The notes below the pieces were generated by a model. It had not been told where the DNA came from. It did no database searches and saw only the letters and a program-made list of their open reading frames with translations. The position numbers and the translations under genes are program-made. DNA of 64,000 nt, taken from Eledone cirrhosa (taxonomy: Eukaryota). Below, piece after piece: positions 29,501 to 45,799 of this stretch. Location of the stretch: contig OZ024740.1 of NCBI GenBank assembly GCA_964016885.1, forward strand, positions 317,688,001 through 317,752,000. Reading direction: 5' to 3'. Position 1 is the first letter of the stretch. Each line of letters opens with the position of its first letter.

Positions 29501-32500
29501 TCAATCTATACTCCACTCCAGACCACTAATCTATACACCACTCTAGACCTCCAATCTATACACCACTCCAGACCTCCAATCTACACACCATTCCAGACCT
29601 CCAATCTATACACCACTCCAGACTTCCAATTTATACACCACTCCAGACCACCAATCTATATACTTCTCCAGACCTACAATCTATACACCACTCCAGATCT
29701 CTAATCTATACTCCACTCCAGACCACCAATCTACACACCACTGTAGACCACTAATCTATACACCAATCCAGACTTTCAATCTATACAAGACTCCAGACCT
29801 CCAATCTGTACACCACTCCAGACTTCAAATCTATACAGCACTCCAGACCTCCAATCTATACACCACACCAGACTTCCAATCTATACACCACTCTAGACCA
29901 CTAATCTATACACCACCGCAGACTTCCAATCTATACACCACTCCAGACCTCCAATCTATACACCACTCCAGACCTCCAAGCTATACACCACTCCAGACAT
30001 CCAATGTATACACCACTCTAAACCAGTAATCAATACACCACTCCAGACCTCCAATCTATACACCACTCCAGACTTCCTATCTATACACCACTCCAGACTT
30101 CCAATCTATACACCACTCCAGACCACTAATCTATACACCACTCTAGACAATCAATCTATACATCACTCCAGATCACCAATCAATACACCACTACAGACCT
30201 CCAATCTATACACCACTCCAGTACTCCAATCTATAAACCACTCCAGACTTCCAATCTATAAACCACTCCAAACCTTCAATCTATACACCACAACAAACCA
30301 GTAATCAATACACCACTCCAGACCTCCAATCGATACACCACTCCAGACCTCCAATCTATACACCACTCCAGACCTCCAATCTATACACCACTCCATACTT
30401 CCAATCTATACACCACTCCCGGCTTGCAATCTATACACCACTCCAGACTTCCAATATATACACTACTCTAGACATCAAAGCTATACACCACTACATACCT
30501 CCAATCTATACACCACTCCAGACCACCAATCTATACACCACTGCATACCTCCAATCTATACACCACTCTACACCTCCAATCTATACACCACTGCAGACCT
30601 CCAAACTATACACCACTCCAGACCGCCAATCTATACACAACTCCAGACCTCCACTCTATACAGCACTCCAGACTTCCAATCTATACACCATTCCAGACCA
30701 CTAATCTATACACCACTCTAGACAATCAATCTATACACCACTCCAGATCACCAATCATTACACCACTGCAGACCTCCAATCTATACACCACTCCAGTACT
30801 CCAATCTATACACCACTCCAGACTTCCAATCTATACACCACTCCAGACCTCCAATCTATATACAACTCCAGGCCAACAATCTATACACTACTCAAGAACA
30901 CCAATCTATACACCAGTCCAGACCTGCAATCTATACACCACTCCAGACCTTCTATCCATACTCCACTCCAGACCACTAATCTATACACCACTCTAGATCA
31001 CTAATCTATACACCACTCCAGACTTCTTATCTATACACCACTCCAGACTTCCTATCTATACACCACTCCAGACCTCCAAACTATACACCACTCCAGACCT
31101 CCAATCTATAAACCACTCCAGACTTCCAATCTTTAAACCACTCCAAACCTTCAATCTATACACCACACCAAACCTCCAATCTATACAACACTCCAGACCT
31201 CCAATCTATACACCTCTCCAGACCTCCAATCTATACACCACTCCAGACCTCCATTCTATACACCACTCCATACTTCCAATCTTTACACCACTCCCGGCCT
31301 GCAATCTATACACCACTCCAGACTTCCAATATATACACTACTCTAGACCTCCAAGCTATACACCACTCCATACCTCCAATCTATACACCACTCCAGACCA
31401 CCAATCTATACACCACTGCATACCTCCAATCTATACACCACTCTACACCTCCAATCTATACACCACTCCAGACCTCCAAGCTATACACCACCCCACTCTA
31501 GACTTCCAATCTATACACCACTCCAAACCTCCAATGTATATACCATTCCAGACCAAGAATCTATAGACTACTCAAGACCTCCAATCTATACACCACTCCA
31601 GACCTCCAATCTATACACCACTCCAGACCTTCAATCTATACTCCACTCCAGACCACTAATCTATACACCACTCTAGACCACTAATCTATACACCACTCCA
31701 GACTTCCTATCTATACACCACTCCAGACTTCCAATCTATACACCACTCCAGACCTCCAAACTATACACCTCTCCAGACCACAAGTCTATATACCACTCCA
31801 GGCCTCCAATCTATACACCTCTCCAGACATCCTATCTATACACCACTCCAGACCTTCAATCTATACACCACTCCAGACTTCCTATCTATACACCACTCCA
31901 GACCTCCAATCTATACACCACTCCAGACTTCCTATCTATACACCACTCCAGACCTTCAATCTATACACCACTCCAGACTTCCAATCTATACACCACTCCA
32001 GACTTCCAATCTATACACCACTCCAGACCTTCAATCCATACACGATACCAGATTTCCAATCTATACACCACTCCAGACTTCTAATCTATACACCACTCAA
32101 GTACTCCAATCTATACACCACTCCAGGCCTCCAATCTATACACCATTCCAGACCACCAACCTATACACCACTCTAGGCCACCAATCTAAATACCACTCCA
32201 GACCTCCAATCTATACACCATTCCAGGCCTCCAATCTATACACCACTCCAGACCTCCAATCCATACATCACTCCAGATCTCCAATCTATACACCACTTCA
32301 GATCTCCAATCTATACACCACTCCAGACCTCCAATCTATACACCACTTCAGACCTTCAATCCATATACCACTCCAGACTTCCAATCTATACACCACTCCA
32401 GACACCAAGCTATACACCATTCCAGACATCCAATCTATACACCACTCCAGGCCTCCAATCTATACACCATTCCAGACCACCAACCTATACACCACTCTAG

Positions 32501-35500
32501 GCCACCAATCTAAATACCACTCCAGACCTCCAATCTATACACCACTCTAGACCACCAATCTATACACCACTCCAGACCTCCAATCTATACACCACTCCAG
32601 ACCTCCAATCTATACACCACTCCAGACCTTCAATCCATATACCACTCCAGACTTCCAATCTATACACCACTCCAGACACCAAGCTATACACCATTCCAGA
32701 CCACCAACCTATACACCACTCTAGGCCACCAATCTAAATACCACTCCAGACCTCCAATCTATACACCACTCCAGACTTCCAATCTATACACCACTCCAGA
32801 CCTCCAATCTATACACCACTCCAGACTTTCTATCTATACACCACACTAGACCTCCAATCTATACACCACTCCAGACCTATAATCTATACACAACTCCAGA
32901 CCTCAAATCTATACACCACTACAGTACTCCAATCTATACACCACTCCAGGCCAACAATCTATACACCACTCCAGACCTCTAATCTATACACCACTTCAGA
33001 CCTCCAATCTATATTCCACTCCAGACCATCAATCTATACACCACTCCAGACTTCCTATCTATACACCACTCCAGACCTCCAAAATATACACCACTCCAGA
33101 CTTCCAATCTATACAACACACCAGACCTCCAATCTATACACCACTCCAGACCTCCAAAATATACACCACTCCAGTACTCCAATCTATACAACACTCCAGA
33201 CCTTCTATCTATACAGCACTCCAGACTTCCAATCTATACAGCACACCAGACCTCCAATCTATACACCACTCCAGTACTCCAATCTATACTCCACTCCAGA
33301 CCTTCAATCTATACACCACTCCAGACTTCCTATATATACACCACTCCAGACCTCCAGACTATACACCACTCCAGACTTCCAATCTATACAACACTCCAGA
33401 CCTCCAATCTATACACCACTCCAGACTTGAAATCTATACACCACTCCAGACTTCCAATCTATACACCACTCCAGACCACCAATCTATACACCACTCCAGA
33501 CTTTCAGTCTAATCACCACTCTAGACTTCTTATCTATACACCACTCCAGACCTCCAATCCATACACCACTCCAGATCTCCAATCTATACACCACTCCAGA
33601 CCTCCAATCTATACACCACTCCAGACCTCCATTCTATACACCACTCCATACTTCCAATCTTTACACCACTCCCGGCCTGCAATCTATACACCACTCCAGA
33701 CTTCCAATATATACACTACTCTAGACCTCCAAGCTATACACCACTCCATACCTCCAATCTATACACCACTCCAGACCACCAATCTATACACCACTGCATA
33801 CCTCCAATCTATACACCACTCTACACCTCCAATCTATACACCACTCCAGACCTCCAAGCTATACACCACCCCACTCTAGACTTCCAATCTATACACCACT
33901 CCAAACCTCCAATGTATATACCATTCCAGACCAAGAATCTATAGACTACTCAAGACCTCCAATCTATACACCACTCCAGACCTCCAATCTATACACCACT
34001 CCAGACCTTCAATCTATACTCCACTCCAGACCACTAATCTATACACCACTCTAGACCACTAATCTATACACCACTCCAGACTTCCTATCTATACACCACT
34101 CCAGACTTCCAATCTATACACCACTCCAGACCTCCAAACTATACACCTCTCCAGACCACAAATCTATATACCACTCCAGGCCTCCAATCTATACACCTCT
34201 CCAGACATCCTATCTATACACCACTCCAGACCTTCAATCTATACACCACTCCAGACTTCCTATCTATACACCACTCCAGACCTCCAATCTATACACCACT
34301 CAAGACTTCCTATCTATACACCACTCCAGACCTTCAATCTATACACCACTCCAGACTTCCAATCTATACACCACTCCAGACTTCCAATCTATACACCACT
34401 CCAGACCTTCAATCCATACACGATACCAGATTTCCAATCTATACACCACTCCAGACTTCTAATCTATACACCACTCAAGTACTCCAATCTATACACGACT
34501 CCAGGCCTCCAATCTATACACCATTCCAGACCACCAACCTATACACCACTCTAGGCCACCAATCTAAATACCACTCCAGACCTCCAATCTATACACCATT
34601 CCAGGCCTCCAATCTATACACCACTCCAGACCTCCAATCCATACATCACTCCAGATCTCCAATCTATACACCACTTCAGATCTCCAATCTATACACCACT
34701 CCAGACCTCCAATCTATACACCACTCCAGACCTTCAATCCATATACCACTCCAGACTTCCAATCTATACACCACTCCAGACACCAAGCTATACACCATTC
34801 CAGACATCCAATCTATACACCACTCCAGGCCTCCAATCTATACACCATTCCAGACCACCAACCTATACACCACTCTAGGCCACCAATCTAAATACCACTC
34901 CAGACCTCCAATCTATACACCACTCTAGACCACCAATCTATACACCACTCCAGACCTCCAATCTATACACCACTCCAGACCTCCAATCTATACACCACTC
35001 CAGACCTTCAATCCATATACCACTCCAGACTTCCAATCTATACACCACTCCAGACACCAAGCTATACACCATTCCAGACATCCAATCTATACACCACTCC
35101 AGGCCTCCAATCTATACACCATTCCAGACCACCAACCTATACACCACTCTAGGCCACCAATCTAAATACCACTCCAGACCTCCAATCTATACACCACTCC
35201 AGACTTCCAATCTATACACCACTCCAGACCTCCAATCTATACACCACTCCAGACTTTCTATCTATACACCACACTAGACCTCCAATCTATACACCACTCC
35301 AGACCTATAATCTATACACAACTCCAGACCTCAAATCTATACACCACTACAGTACTCCAATCTATACACCACTCCAGGCCAACAATCTATACACCACTCC
35401 AGACCTCTAATCTATACACCACTTCAGACCTCCAATCTATACTCCACTCCAGACCATCAATCTATACACCACTCCTGACTTCCTATCTATACACCACTCC

Positions 35501-35700
35501 AGACCTCCAAAATATACACCACTCCAGACTTCCAATCTATACAACACACCAGACCTCCAATCTATACACCACTCCAGACCTCCAAAATATACACCACTCC
35601 AGTACTCCAATCTATACAACACTCCAGACCTTCTATCTATACAGCACTCCAGACCTTCAATCTATACTCCACTCCAGACCACTAATCTATACACCACTCT
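23521..35700. repeat. ~6.0-6.16 kb tandem higher-order duplication, 2 copies (~23521-29551 and ~29552-35700)
   Basis: Offsets are 6031 (23546/29577), 6006 (25471/31477) and 6156 (27699/33855; ORFs 26853/33009 and 29281/35437). The differences are whole-monomer gains or losses. Confidence 0.9.
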
Positions 35701-38700
35701 AGACCACTAATCTATACACCACTCCAGACTTCCTATCTATACACCACTCCAGACTTCCAATCTATACACCACTCCAGACCTCCAAACTATACACCTCTCC
35801 AGACCACAAATCTATATACCACTCCAGGCCTCCAATCTATACACCTCTCCAGACATCCTATCTATACACCACTCCAGACCTTCAATCTATACACCACTCC
35901 AGACTTCCTATCTATACACCACTCCAGACCTCCAATCTATACACCACTCCAGACTTCCTATCTATACACCACTCCAGACCTTCAATCTATACACCACTCC
36001 AGACTTCCAATCTATACACCACTCCAGACTTCCAATCTATACACCACTCCAGACCTTCAATCCATACACGATACCAGATTTCCAATCTATACACCACTCC
36101 AGACTTCTAATCTATACACCACTCAAGTACTCCAATCTATACACGACTCCAGGCCTCCAATCTATACAACATTCCAGACCACCAACCTATACACCACTCT
36201 AGGCCACCAATCTAAATACCACTCCAGACCTCCAATCTATACACCATTCCAGGCCTCCAATCTATACACCACTCCAGACCTCCAATCCATACATCACTCC
36301 AGATCTCCAATCTATACACCACTTCAGATCTCCAATCTATACACCACTCCAGACCTCCAATCTATACACCACTCCAGACCTTCAATCCATATACCACTCC
36401 AGATTTCCAATCTATACACCACTCCAGACACCAAGCTATACACCATTCCAGACATCCAATCTATACACCACTCCAGGCCTCCAATCTATACACCATTCCA
36501 GACCACCAACCTATACACCACACTAGGCCACCAATCTAAATACCACTCCAGACCTCCAATCTATACACCACTCTAGACCACCAATCTATACACCACTCCA
36601 GACCTCCAATCTATACACCACTCCAGACCTCCAATCTATACACCACTCCAGACCTTCAATCCATATACCACTCCAGACTTCCAATCTATACACCACTCCA
36701 GACACCAAGCTATACACCATTCCAGACATCCAATCTATACACCACTCCAGGCCTCCAATCTATACACCATTCCAGACCACCAACCTATACACCACTCTAG
36801 GCCACCAATCTAAATACCACTCCAGACCTCCAATCTATACACCACTCCAGACTTCCAATCTATACACCACTCCAGACCTCCAATCTATACACCACTCCAG
36901 ACTTTCTATCTATACACCACACTAGACCTCCAATCTATACACCACTCCAGACCTATAATCTATACACAACTCCAGACCTCAAATCTATACACCACTACAG
37001 TACTCCAATCTATACACCACTCCAGGCCAACAATCTATACACCACTCCAGACCTCTAATCTATACACCACTTCAGACCTCCAATCTATACTCCACTCCAG
37101 ACCATCAATCTATACACCACTCCAGACTTCCTATCTATACACCACTCCAGACCTCCAAAATATACACCACTCCAGACTTCCAATCTATACAACACACCAG
37201 ACCTCCAATCTATACACCACTCCAGACCTCCAAAATATACACCACTCCAGTACTCCAATCTATACAACACTCCAGACCTTCTATCTATACAGCACTCCAG
37301 ACTTCCAATCTATACAGCACACCAGACCTCCAATCTATACACCACTCCAGTACTCCAATCTATACTCCACTCCAGACCTTCAATCTATACACCACTCCAG
37401 ACTTCCTATATATACACCACTCCAGACCTCCAGACTATACACCACTCCAGACTTCCAATCTATACAACACTCCAGACCTCCAATCTATACACCACTCCAG
37501 ACTTGAAATCTATACACCACTCCAGACTTCCAATCTATACACCACTCCAGACCACCAATCTATACACCACTCCAGACTTTCAGTCTAATCACCACTCTAG
37601 ACTTCTTATCTATACACCACTCCAGACCTCCAATCCATACACCACTCCAGATCTCCAATCTATACACCACTCCAGACCTCCAATCTATACACCACTCCAG
37701 ACCTCCATTCTATACACCACTCCATACTTCCAATCTTTACACCACTCCCGGCCTGCAATCTATACACCACTCCAGACTTCCAAATATATACACTACTCTA
37801 GACCTCCAAGCTATACACCACTCCATACCTCCAATCTATACACCACTCCAGACCACCAATCTACACACCACTGCATACCTCCAATCTATACACCACTCTA
37901 CACCTCCAATCTATACACCACTCCAGACCTCCAAGCTATACACCACCCCACTCTAGACTTCCAATCTATACACCACTCCAAACCTCCAATGTATATACCA
38001 TTCCAGACCAAGAATCTATAGACTACTCAAGACCTCCAATCTATACACCACTCCAGACCTCCAATCTATACACCACTCCAGACCTTCAATCTATACTCCA
38101 CTCCAGACCACTAATCTATACACCACTCTAGACCACTAATCTATACACCACTCCAGACTTCCTATCTATACACCACTCCAGACTTCCAATCTATACACCA
38201 CTCCAGACCTCCAAACTATACACCTCTCCAGACCACAAATCTATATACCACTCCAGGCCTCCAATCTATACACCTCTCCAGACATCCTATCTATACACCA
38301 CTCCAGACCTTCAATCTATACACCACTCCAGACTTCCTATCTATACACCACTCCAGACCTCCAATCTATACACCACTCAAGACTTCCTATCTATACACCA
38401 CTCCAGACCTTCAATCTATACACCACTCCAGACTTCCAATCTATACACCACTCCAGACTTCCAATCTATACACGACTCCAGACCTTCAATCCATACACGA
38501 TACCAGATTTCCAATCTATACACCACTCCAGACTTCTAATCTATACACCACTCAAGTACTCCAATCTATACACGACTCCAGGCCTCCAATCTATACACCA
38601 TTCCAGACCACCAACCTATACACCACTCTAGGCCACCAATCTAAATACCACTCCAGACCTCCAATCTATACACCATTCCAGGCCTCCAATCTATACACCA

Positions 38701-41700
38701 CTCCAGACCTCCAATCCATACATCACTCCAGATCTCCAATCTATACACCACTTCAGATCTCCAATCTATACACCACTCCAGACCTCCAATCTATACACCA
38801 CTCCAGACCTTCAATCCATATACCACTCCAGACTTCCAATCTATACACCACTCCAGACACCAAGCTATACACCATTCCAGACATCCAATCTATACACCAC
38901 TCCAGGCCTCCAATCTATACACCATTCCAGACCACCAACCTATACACCACTCTAGGCCACCAATCTAAATACCACTCCAGACCTCCAATCTATACACCAC
39001 TCTAGACCACCAATCTATACACCACTCCAGACCTCCAATCTATACACCACTCCAGACCTCCAATCTATACACCACTCCAGACCTTCAATCCATATACCAC
39101 TCCAGACTTCCAATCTATACACCACTCCAGACACCAAGCTATACACCATTCCAGACATCCAATCTATACACCACTCCAGGCCTCCAATCTATACACCATT
39201 CCAGACCACCAACCTATACACCACTCTAGGCCACCAATCTAAATACCACTCCAGACCTCCAATCTATACACCACTCCAGACTTCCAATCTATACACCACT
39301 CCAGACCTCCAATCTATACACCACTCCAGACTTTCTATCTATACACCACACTAGACCTCCAATCTATACACCACTCCAGACCTATAATCTATACACAACT
39401 CCAGACCTCAAATCTATACACCACTACAGTACTCCAATCTATACACCACTCCAGGCCAACAATCTATACACCACTCCAGACCTCTAATCTATACACCACT
39501 TCAGACCTCCAATCTATACTCCACTCCAGACCATCAATCTATACACCACTCCTGACTTCCTATCTATACACCACTCCAGACCTCCAAAATATACACCACT
39601 CCAGACTTCCAATCTATACAACACACCAGACCTCCAATCTATACACCACTCCAGACCTCCAAAATATACACCACTCCAGTACTCCAATCTATACAACACT
39701 CCAGACCTTCTATCTATACAGCACTCCAGACCTTCAATCTATACTCCACTCCAGACCACTAATCTATACACCACTCTAGACCACTAATCTATACACCACT
39801 CCAGACTTCCTATCTATACACCACTCCAGACTTCCAATCTATACACCACTCCAGACCTCCAAACTATACACCTCTCCAGACCACAAATCTATATACCACT
39901 CCAGGCCTCCAATCTATACACCTCTCCAGACATCCTATCTATACACCACTCCAGACCTTCAATCTATACACCACTCCAGACTTCCTATCTATACACCACT
40001 CCAGACCTCCAATCTATACACCACTCCAGACTTCCTATCTATACACCACTCCAGACCTTCAATCTATACACCACTCCAGACTTCCAATCTATACACCACT
40101 CCAGACTTCCAATCTATACACCACTCCAGACCTTCAATCCATACACGATACCAGATTTCCAATCTATACACCACTCCAGACTTCTAATCTATACACCACT
40201 CAAGTACTCCAATCTATACACGACTCCAGGCCTCCAATCTATACACCATTCCAGACCACCAACCTATACACCACTCTAGGCCACCAATCTAAATACCACT
40301 CCAGACCTCCAATCTATACACCATTCCAGGCCTCCAATCTATACACCACTCCAGACCTCCAATCCATACATCACTCCAGATCTCCAATCTATACACCACT
40401 TCAGATCTCCAATCTATACACCACTCCAGACCTCCAATCTATACACCACTCCAGACCTTCAATCCATATACCACTCCAGATTTCCAATCTATACACCACT
40501 CCAGACACCAAGCTATACACCATTCCAGACATCCAATCTATACACCACTCCAGGCCTCCAATCTATACACCATTCCAGACCACCAACCTATACACCACAC
40601 TAGGCCACCAATCTAAATACCACTCCAGACCTCCAATCTATACACCACTCTAGACCACCAATCTATACACCACTCCAGACCTCCAATCTATACACCACTC
40701 CAGACCTCCAATCTATACACCACTCCAGACCTTCAATCCATATACCACTCCAGACTTCCAATCTATACACCACTCCAGACACCAAGCTATACACCATTCC
40801 AGACATCCAATCTATACACCACTCCAGGCCTCCAATCTATACACCATTCCAGACCACCAACCTATACACCACTCTAGGCCACCAATCTAAATACCACTCC
40901 AGACCTCCAATCTATACACCACTCCAGACTTCCAATCTATACACCACTCCAGACCTCCAATCTATACACCACTCCAGACTTTCTATCTATACACCACACT
41001 AGACCTCCAATCTATACACCACTCCAGACCTATAATCTATACACAACTCCAGACCTCAAATCTATACACCACTACAGTACTCGAATCTATACACCACTCC
41101 AGGCCAACAATCTATACACCACTCCAGACCTCTAATCTATACACCACTTCAGACCTCCAATCTATACTCCACTCCAGACCATCAATCTATACACCACTCC
41201 AGACTTCCTATCTATACACCACTCCAGACCTCCAAAATATACACCACTCCAGACTTCCAATCTATACAACACACCAGACCTCCAATCTATACACCACTCC
41301 AGACCTCCAAAATATACACCACTCCAGTACTCCAATCTATACAACACTCCAGACCTTCTATCTATACAGCACTCCAGACTTCCAATCTATACAGCACACC
41401 AGACCTCCAATCTATACACCACTCCAGTACTCCAATCTATACTCCACTCCAGACCTTCAATCTATACACCACTCCAGACTTCCTATATATACACCAATCC
41501 AGACCTCCAGACTATACACCACTCCAGACTTCCAATCTATACAACACTCCAGACCTCCAATCTATACACCACTCCAGACTTGAAATCTATAAACCACTCC
41601 AGACTTCCAATCTATACACCACTCCAGACCACCAATCTATACACCACTCCAGACTTTCAGTCTAATCACCACTCTAGACTTCTTATCTATACACCACTCC

Positions 41701-41750
41701 AGACCTACAATCCATACACCACTCCAGATCTCCAATCTATACACCACTCC
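23571..41750. repeat. Satellite sub-family domain 2, built from seven copies of a ~1.45-1.65 kb core block plus spacer blocks
   Basis: Diagnostic variants CCTATCTAT, AGTACTCC, CCAAAATAT, TCTAAATACC, a 24-bp GACACCAAGC monomer and a 30-bp monomer. The same 61-codon minus-strand frame recurs at 26853, 29281, 33009, 35437, 37085, 39514 and 41162. Confidence 0.88.
31630..41750. repeat. 4,076/4,077-bp higher-order repeat, about 2.5 copies
   Basis: ORF offsets 33009/37085 (4076), 35437/39514, 37085/41162 and 37503/41580 (4077). 4076 = 2428 + 1648; the +1 arises from an extra A at ~37782. Confidence 0.9.
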
Positions 41751-44700
41751 AGAGTTCCAATCTATACACCACTCCAGACCTCCAATCTATACACCATTCC
41801 AGACCTCTAATCTATACACAACTCCAGACTTCCTATCTATACACCACTCCAGACTTTCAATCTATACACCACTCCAGACCTTCAATCTATACACCAATCC
41901 AGACTTCCAATCTATACACCACTCCAGACTTCTAATCTATACACCACTCAAGTACTCCAATCTATACACCACTCCAGGCCTCCAATCTATACACCATTCC
42001 AGACCACCAACCTATACACCACTCCAGGGCACCAATCTAAATACCACTCCAGACCTCCAATCTATACACCATTCCAGGCCTCCAATCTATACACCACTCC
42101 AGACCACCAATCTATACACCACTCTAGACCACCAATCTATACACCACTCCAGACCTCCAATCCATACACCTCTCCAGATCTCCAATCTATACACCACTCC
42201 AGACCTTCAATCCATATACCACTCCAGACTTCCAATCTATACACCGCTCCAGACACCAAGCTATACACCATTCCAGACCTCCAATCTATACACCACTCTA
42301 GACAATCAATCTATACACCACTCCAGACCTCCAATCTATACACCACTCCAGACCTCCAATCTATACACCACTGCAGACTTCCTATCTATACACCACTCTA
42401 GAGCTCCATTCTATACACAACTCCAGACCTCCAATCTATACACCACTCCAGACCTCCAATCCATACACCACTCCAGACCTCCAATCTATACACCACTCCA
42501 GACCACCAATCTATACACCACTCTAGACAATCAATCTATACACCACTCCAGACCTCCAATCTATACACCACTCCAGACCTCCAATCTATACACCACTCCA
42601 GACTTCCTATCTATACACCACTCTAGAGCTCCATTCTATACACAACTCCAGACCTCCAATCTATACACCACTCCAGTACTCCAATCTATACACCACTCCA
42701 GACTTCCAATCTATACAGCACTCCAGACCTCCAATCTATACACCACTCCAGACCTCCAAGCTATACACCACTCCAGACCTCCAATCTATATACCACTCTA
42801 GACCACTAATCTATACACCACTCAAGACCTCCAATCTATACACCACTCCAGACCTCCAATCTATACACCACTCTAGACCACTAATCTATACACCACTCCA
42901 TACCTCCAATCTATACACCACTCCAGACTTCCAATCTATACACCACTCCAGGTCCCCAATCTATACACCACTCCAGACCTCCAATCTATACCCCACTCCA
43001 GACCTCCAATCTATACACCACTCTAGACCACCAATCCATAAACCACTCCAGACCTTCAATCCATACACCACTCCACACCTCCAATCCATACACCACTCCA
43101 GACCTTCAATCCATATACTACACCAGACTTCCAATCTATACACCACTCCAGACACAAAGCTATACACCATTCCAGACATCCAATCTATACACCACTCTAG
43201 ACCATCAATCTATACACCACTCCAGACCTCCAATCTATACACCACTCCAGTACTCCAATCTATACATCACTCCAGACTTCCAATCTATACACCACTCCAG
43301 ACCTCCAATCTATACACCACTCTAGTCCACTAATCTATACACCACTCTAGACCTGCAATCTATACACCACTTCAGACCTCCAATCTATACACCACTCCAG
43401 ACCTCCATTATATACACCATTCCAGACCTCCAATCTATACACCACTCCAGACCACCAATCTATAAACCACTCCAGACCTCCAATCTATACACCAATCCAG
43501 ACCTCCAATCTATACACCACTCCAGACCTTCAATCCATACACCATACCAGACTTCCAATCTATACACCACTCCAGACCTCCAATCTATACACCACTCCAG
43601 TACTCCAATCTATACACCATTCCAGACCACCAAACTATACACCACTTCAGACCTCCAATATATACACCACTCCAGACTTCCAATCTATACACCAATCCAG
43701 ACCTCCAATCTATACACCACTCCTGACCTCCAATCTATATACCACTCACGACTTCCAATCTATACACCACTCCAGACCACTAATCTATACACCACTCCAG
43801 ACCTGCAATCTATACACCACTCCAGGCCTCCAATCTATACACCACTCGAGACCACCAATCTATAGACCACTCCAGACCACTAATCTATACACCACTCCAG
43901 ACTTCTAATCTATACACCACTCCAGAGTTCCAATCTATACACCTCTCCAGGCCCCCAATCTATACGCCACTCCTGACCTCCAATCTATACATCACTCCAG
44001 ACCTCCAATCTAAACACCACTCTAGACCACCAATCTATACACCACTTCAGACCTCCAATATATACACCACTCCAGACCTCCAATCTATACACCACTCCAG
44101 ACCTCCAATCTATACACCACTCCAGTACTCCAATCTATACATCACTCCAGATTTCCAATCTATACACCACTCCAGACCTCCAATCTATACACCACTCTAG
44201 ACCGCCAATCTATACACCACTCTAGTCCACTAATCTATACACTACTCTAGCCCTGCAATCTATACACCACTCCAGACCTCCAATCTATACTCCACTCCAG
44301 ACCTCCAATCTATACACCACTCCAGACCTCCAATCTATATACCACACAAGACCACCAATCTAAACACTACTCTAGACTTCCAATCTATAAACCACACCAG
44401 ACTTCTAATCTATAACCACTCCAGACCTCCAATCTATACACCACTCCAGACCTCCAATCTATACACCACTCCAGACCTTCAATCCATACTCCACTCCAGA
44501 CTTCCAATCTATACACCACTCAAGACCTCCAAGATATACACCACTCCAGACCTCCAATATATACACCACTCTAGAACACTAATCTATACACCACTCAAGA
44601 CCTCCAATCTATACACCACTGCAGACCTCCAATCTTTACACCACTCAAGACTTCCAATCTATACACCACTCCAGACCACTAATCTATACACCACTCCAGA

Positions 44701-45799
44701 CCTGCAATATATACACCACTCCTGACCTCCAATCTATACACCACTCTAGACCTCCAATCTATACACCACTCTAGTCCACTAATCTATACACCACTCTAGC
44801 CCTGCAATCTATACACCACTCCAGACCTCCAATCTATACTCCACTCCAGACCTCCAATCTATACACCAGTCCAGACCTCCAATCTATATACCACACAAGA
44901 CCACCAATCTAAACACTACTCTAGACTTCCAATCTATAAACCACACCAGACTTCTAATCTATAACCACTCCAGACCTCCAATCTATACACCACTCCAGAC
45001 CTCCAATCTATACACCACTCCAGACCTTCAATCCATACTCCACTCCAGACTTCCAATCTATACACCACTCCAGACCTCCAAGATATACACCACTCCAGAC
45101 CTCCAATATATACACCACTCTAGAACACTAATCTATACACCACTCAAGACCTCCAATCTATACACCACTCCAGACCTCCAATCTTTACACCACTCAAGAC
45201 CACCAATCTATACACCACTCCAGACCTCCAATCTATACACCACTCTAGACCACTAATCTATACACCACTCCATACCTCCAATCTATACACCAATGAAGAC
45301 CTCCAATCTATACACTACTCCAGACTTCCAATCTATACACCACTCCAGACTTCAAATCTATACACCACTACAGACTTCCAATCTATACACCACTCCAGGC
45401 CCCCAATCTATACGCCACTCCTGACCTCCAATCCATACACGATACTAGACTTCCAATCTATACACCACTCCAGACTTCTAATCTATACACCACTCAAGTA
45501 CTCCAATCTGTACACCACTCCAGGCCTCCAATCTATACACCATTCCAGACCACCAACCTATACACCACTCCAGGCCACCAATCTAAATACCACTCCAGAC
45601 CTCCAATCTATACACCACTCCAGGCCTCCGATCTATACACCACTCCAGACCACCAATCTATACACCACTCCAGGCCTCCAATCTATACACCACTCGAGAC
45701 ATGCAATCTATACACCACTCCAGACCACAAATCTATACATCACTCCAGACTTCTAATCTATACACCACTCCAAACACCAAGCTATACTCCATTCCAGAC

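Noticed and set aside
37781-37806. Single +1 A insertion extending an ORF to 172 aa
   Set aside because: Singleton in a short A run; could be a sequencing error and has no coding significance.
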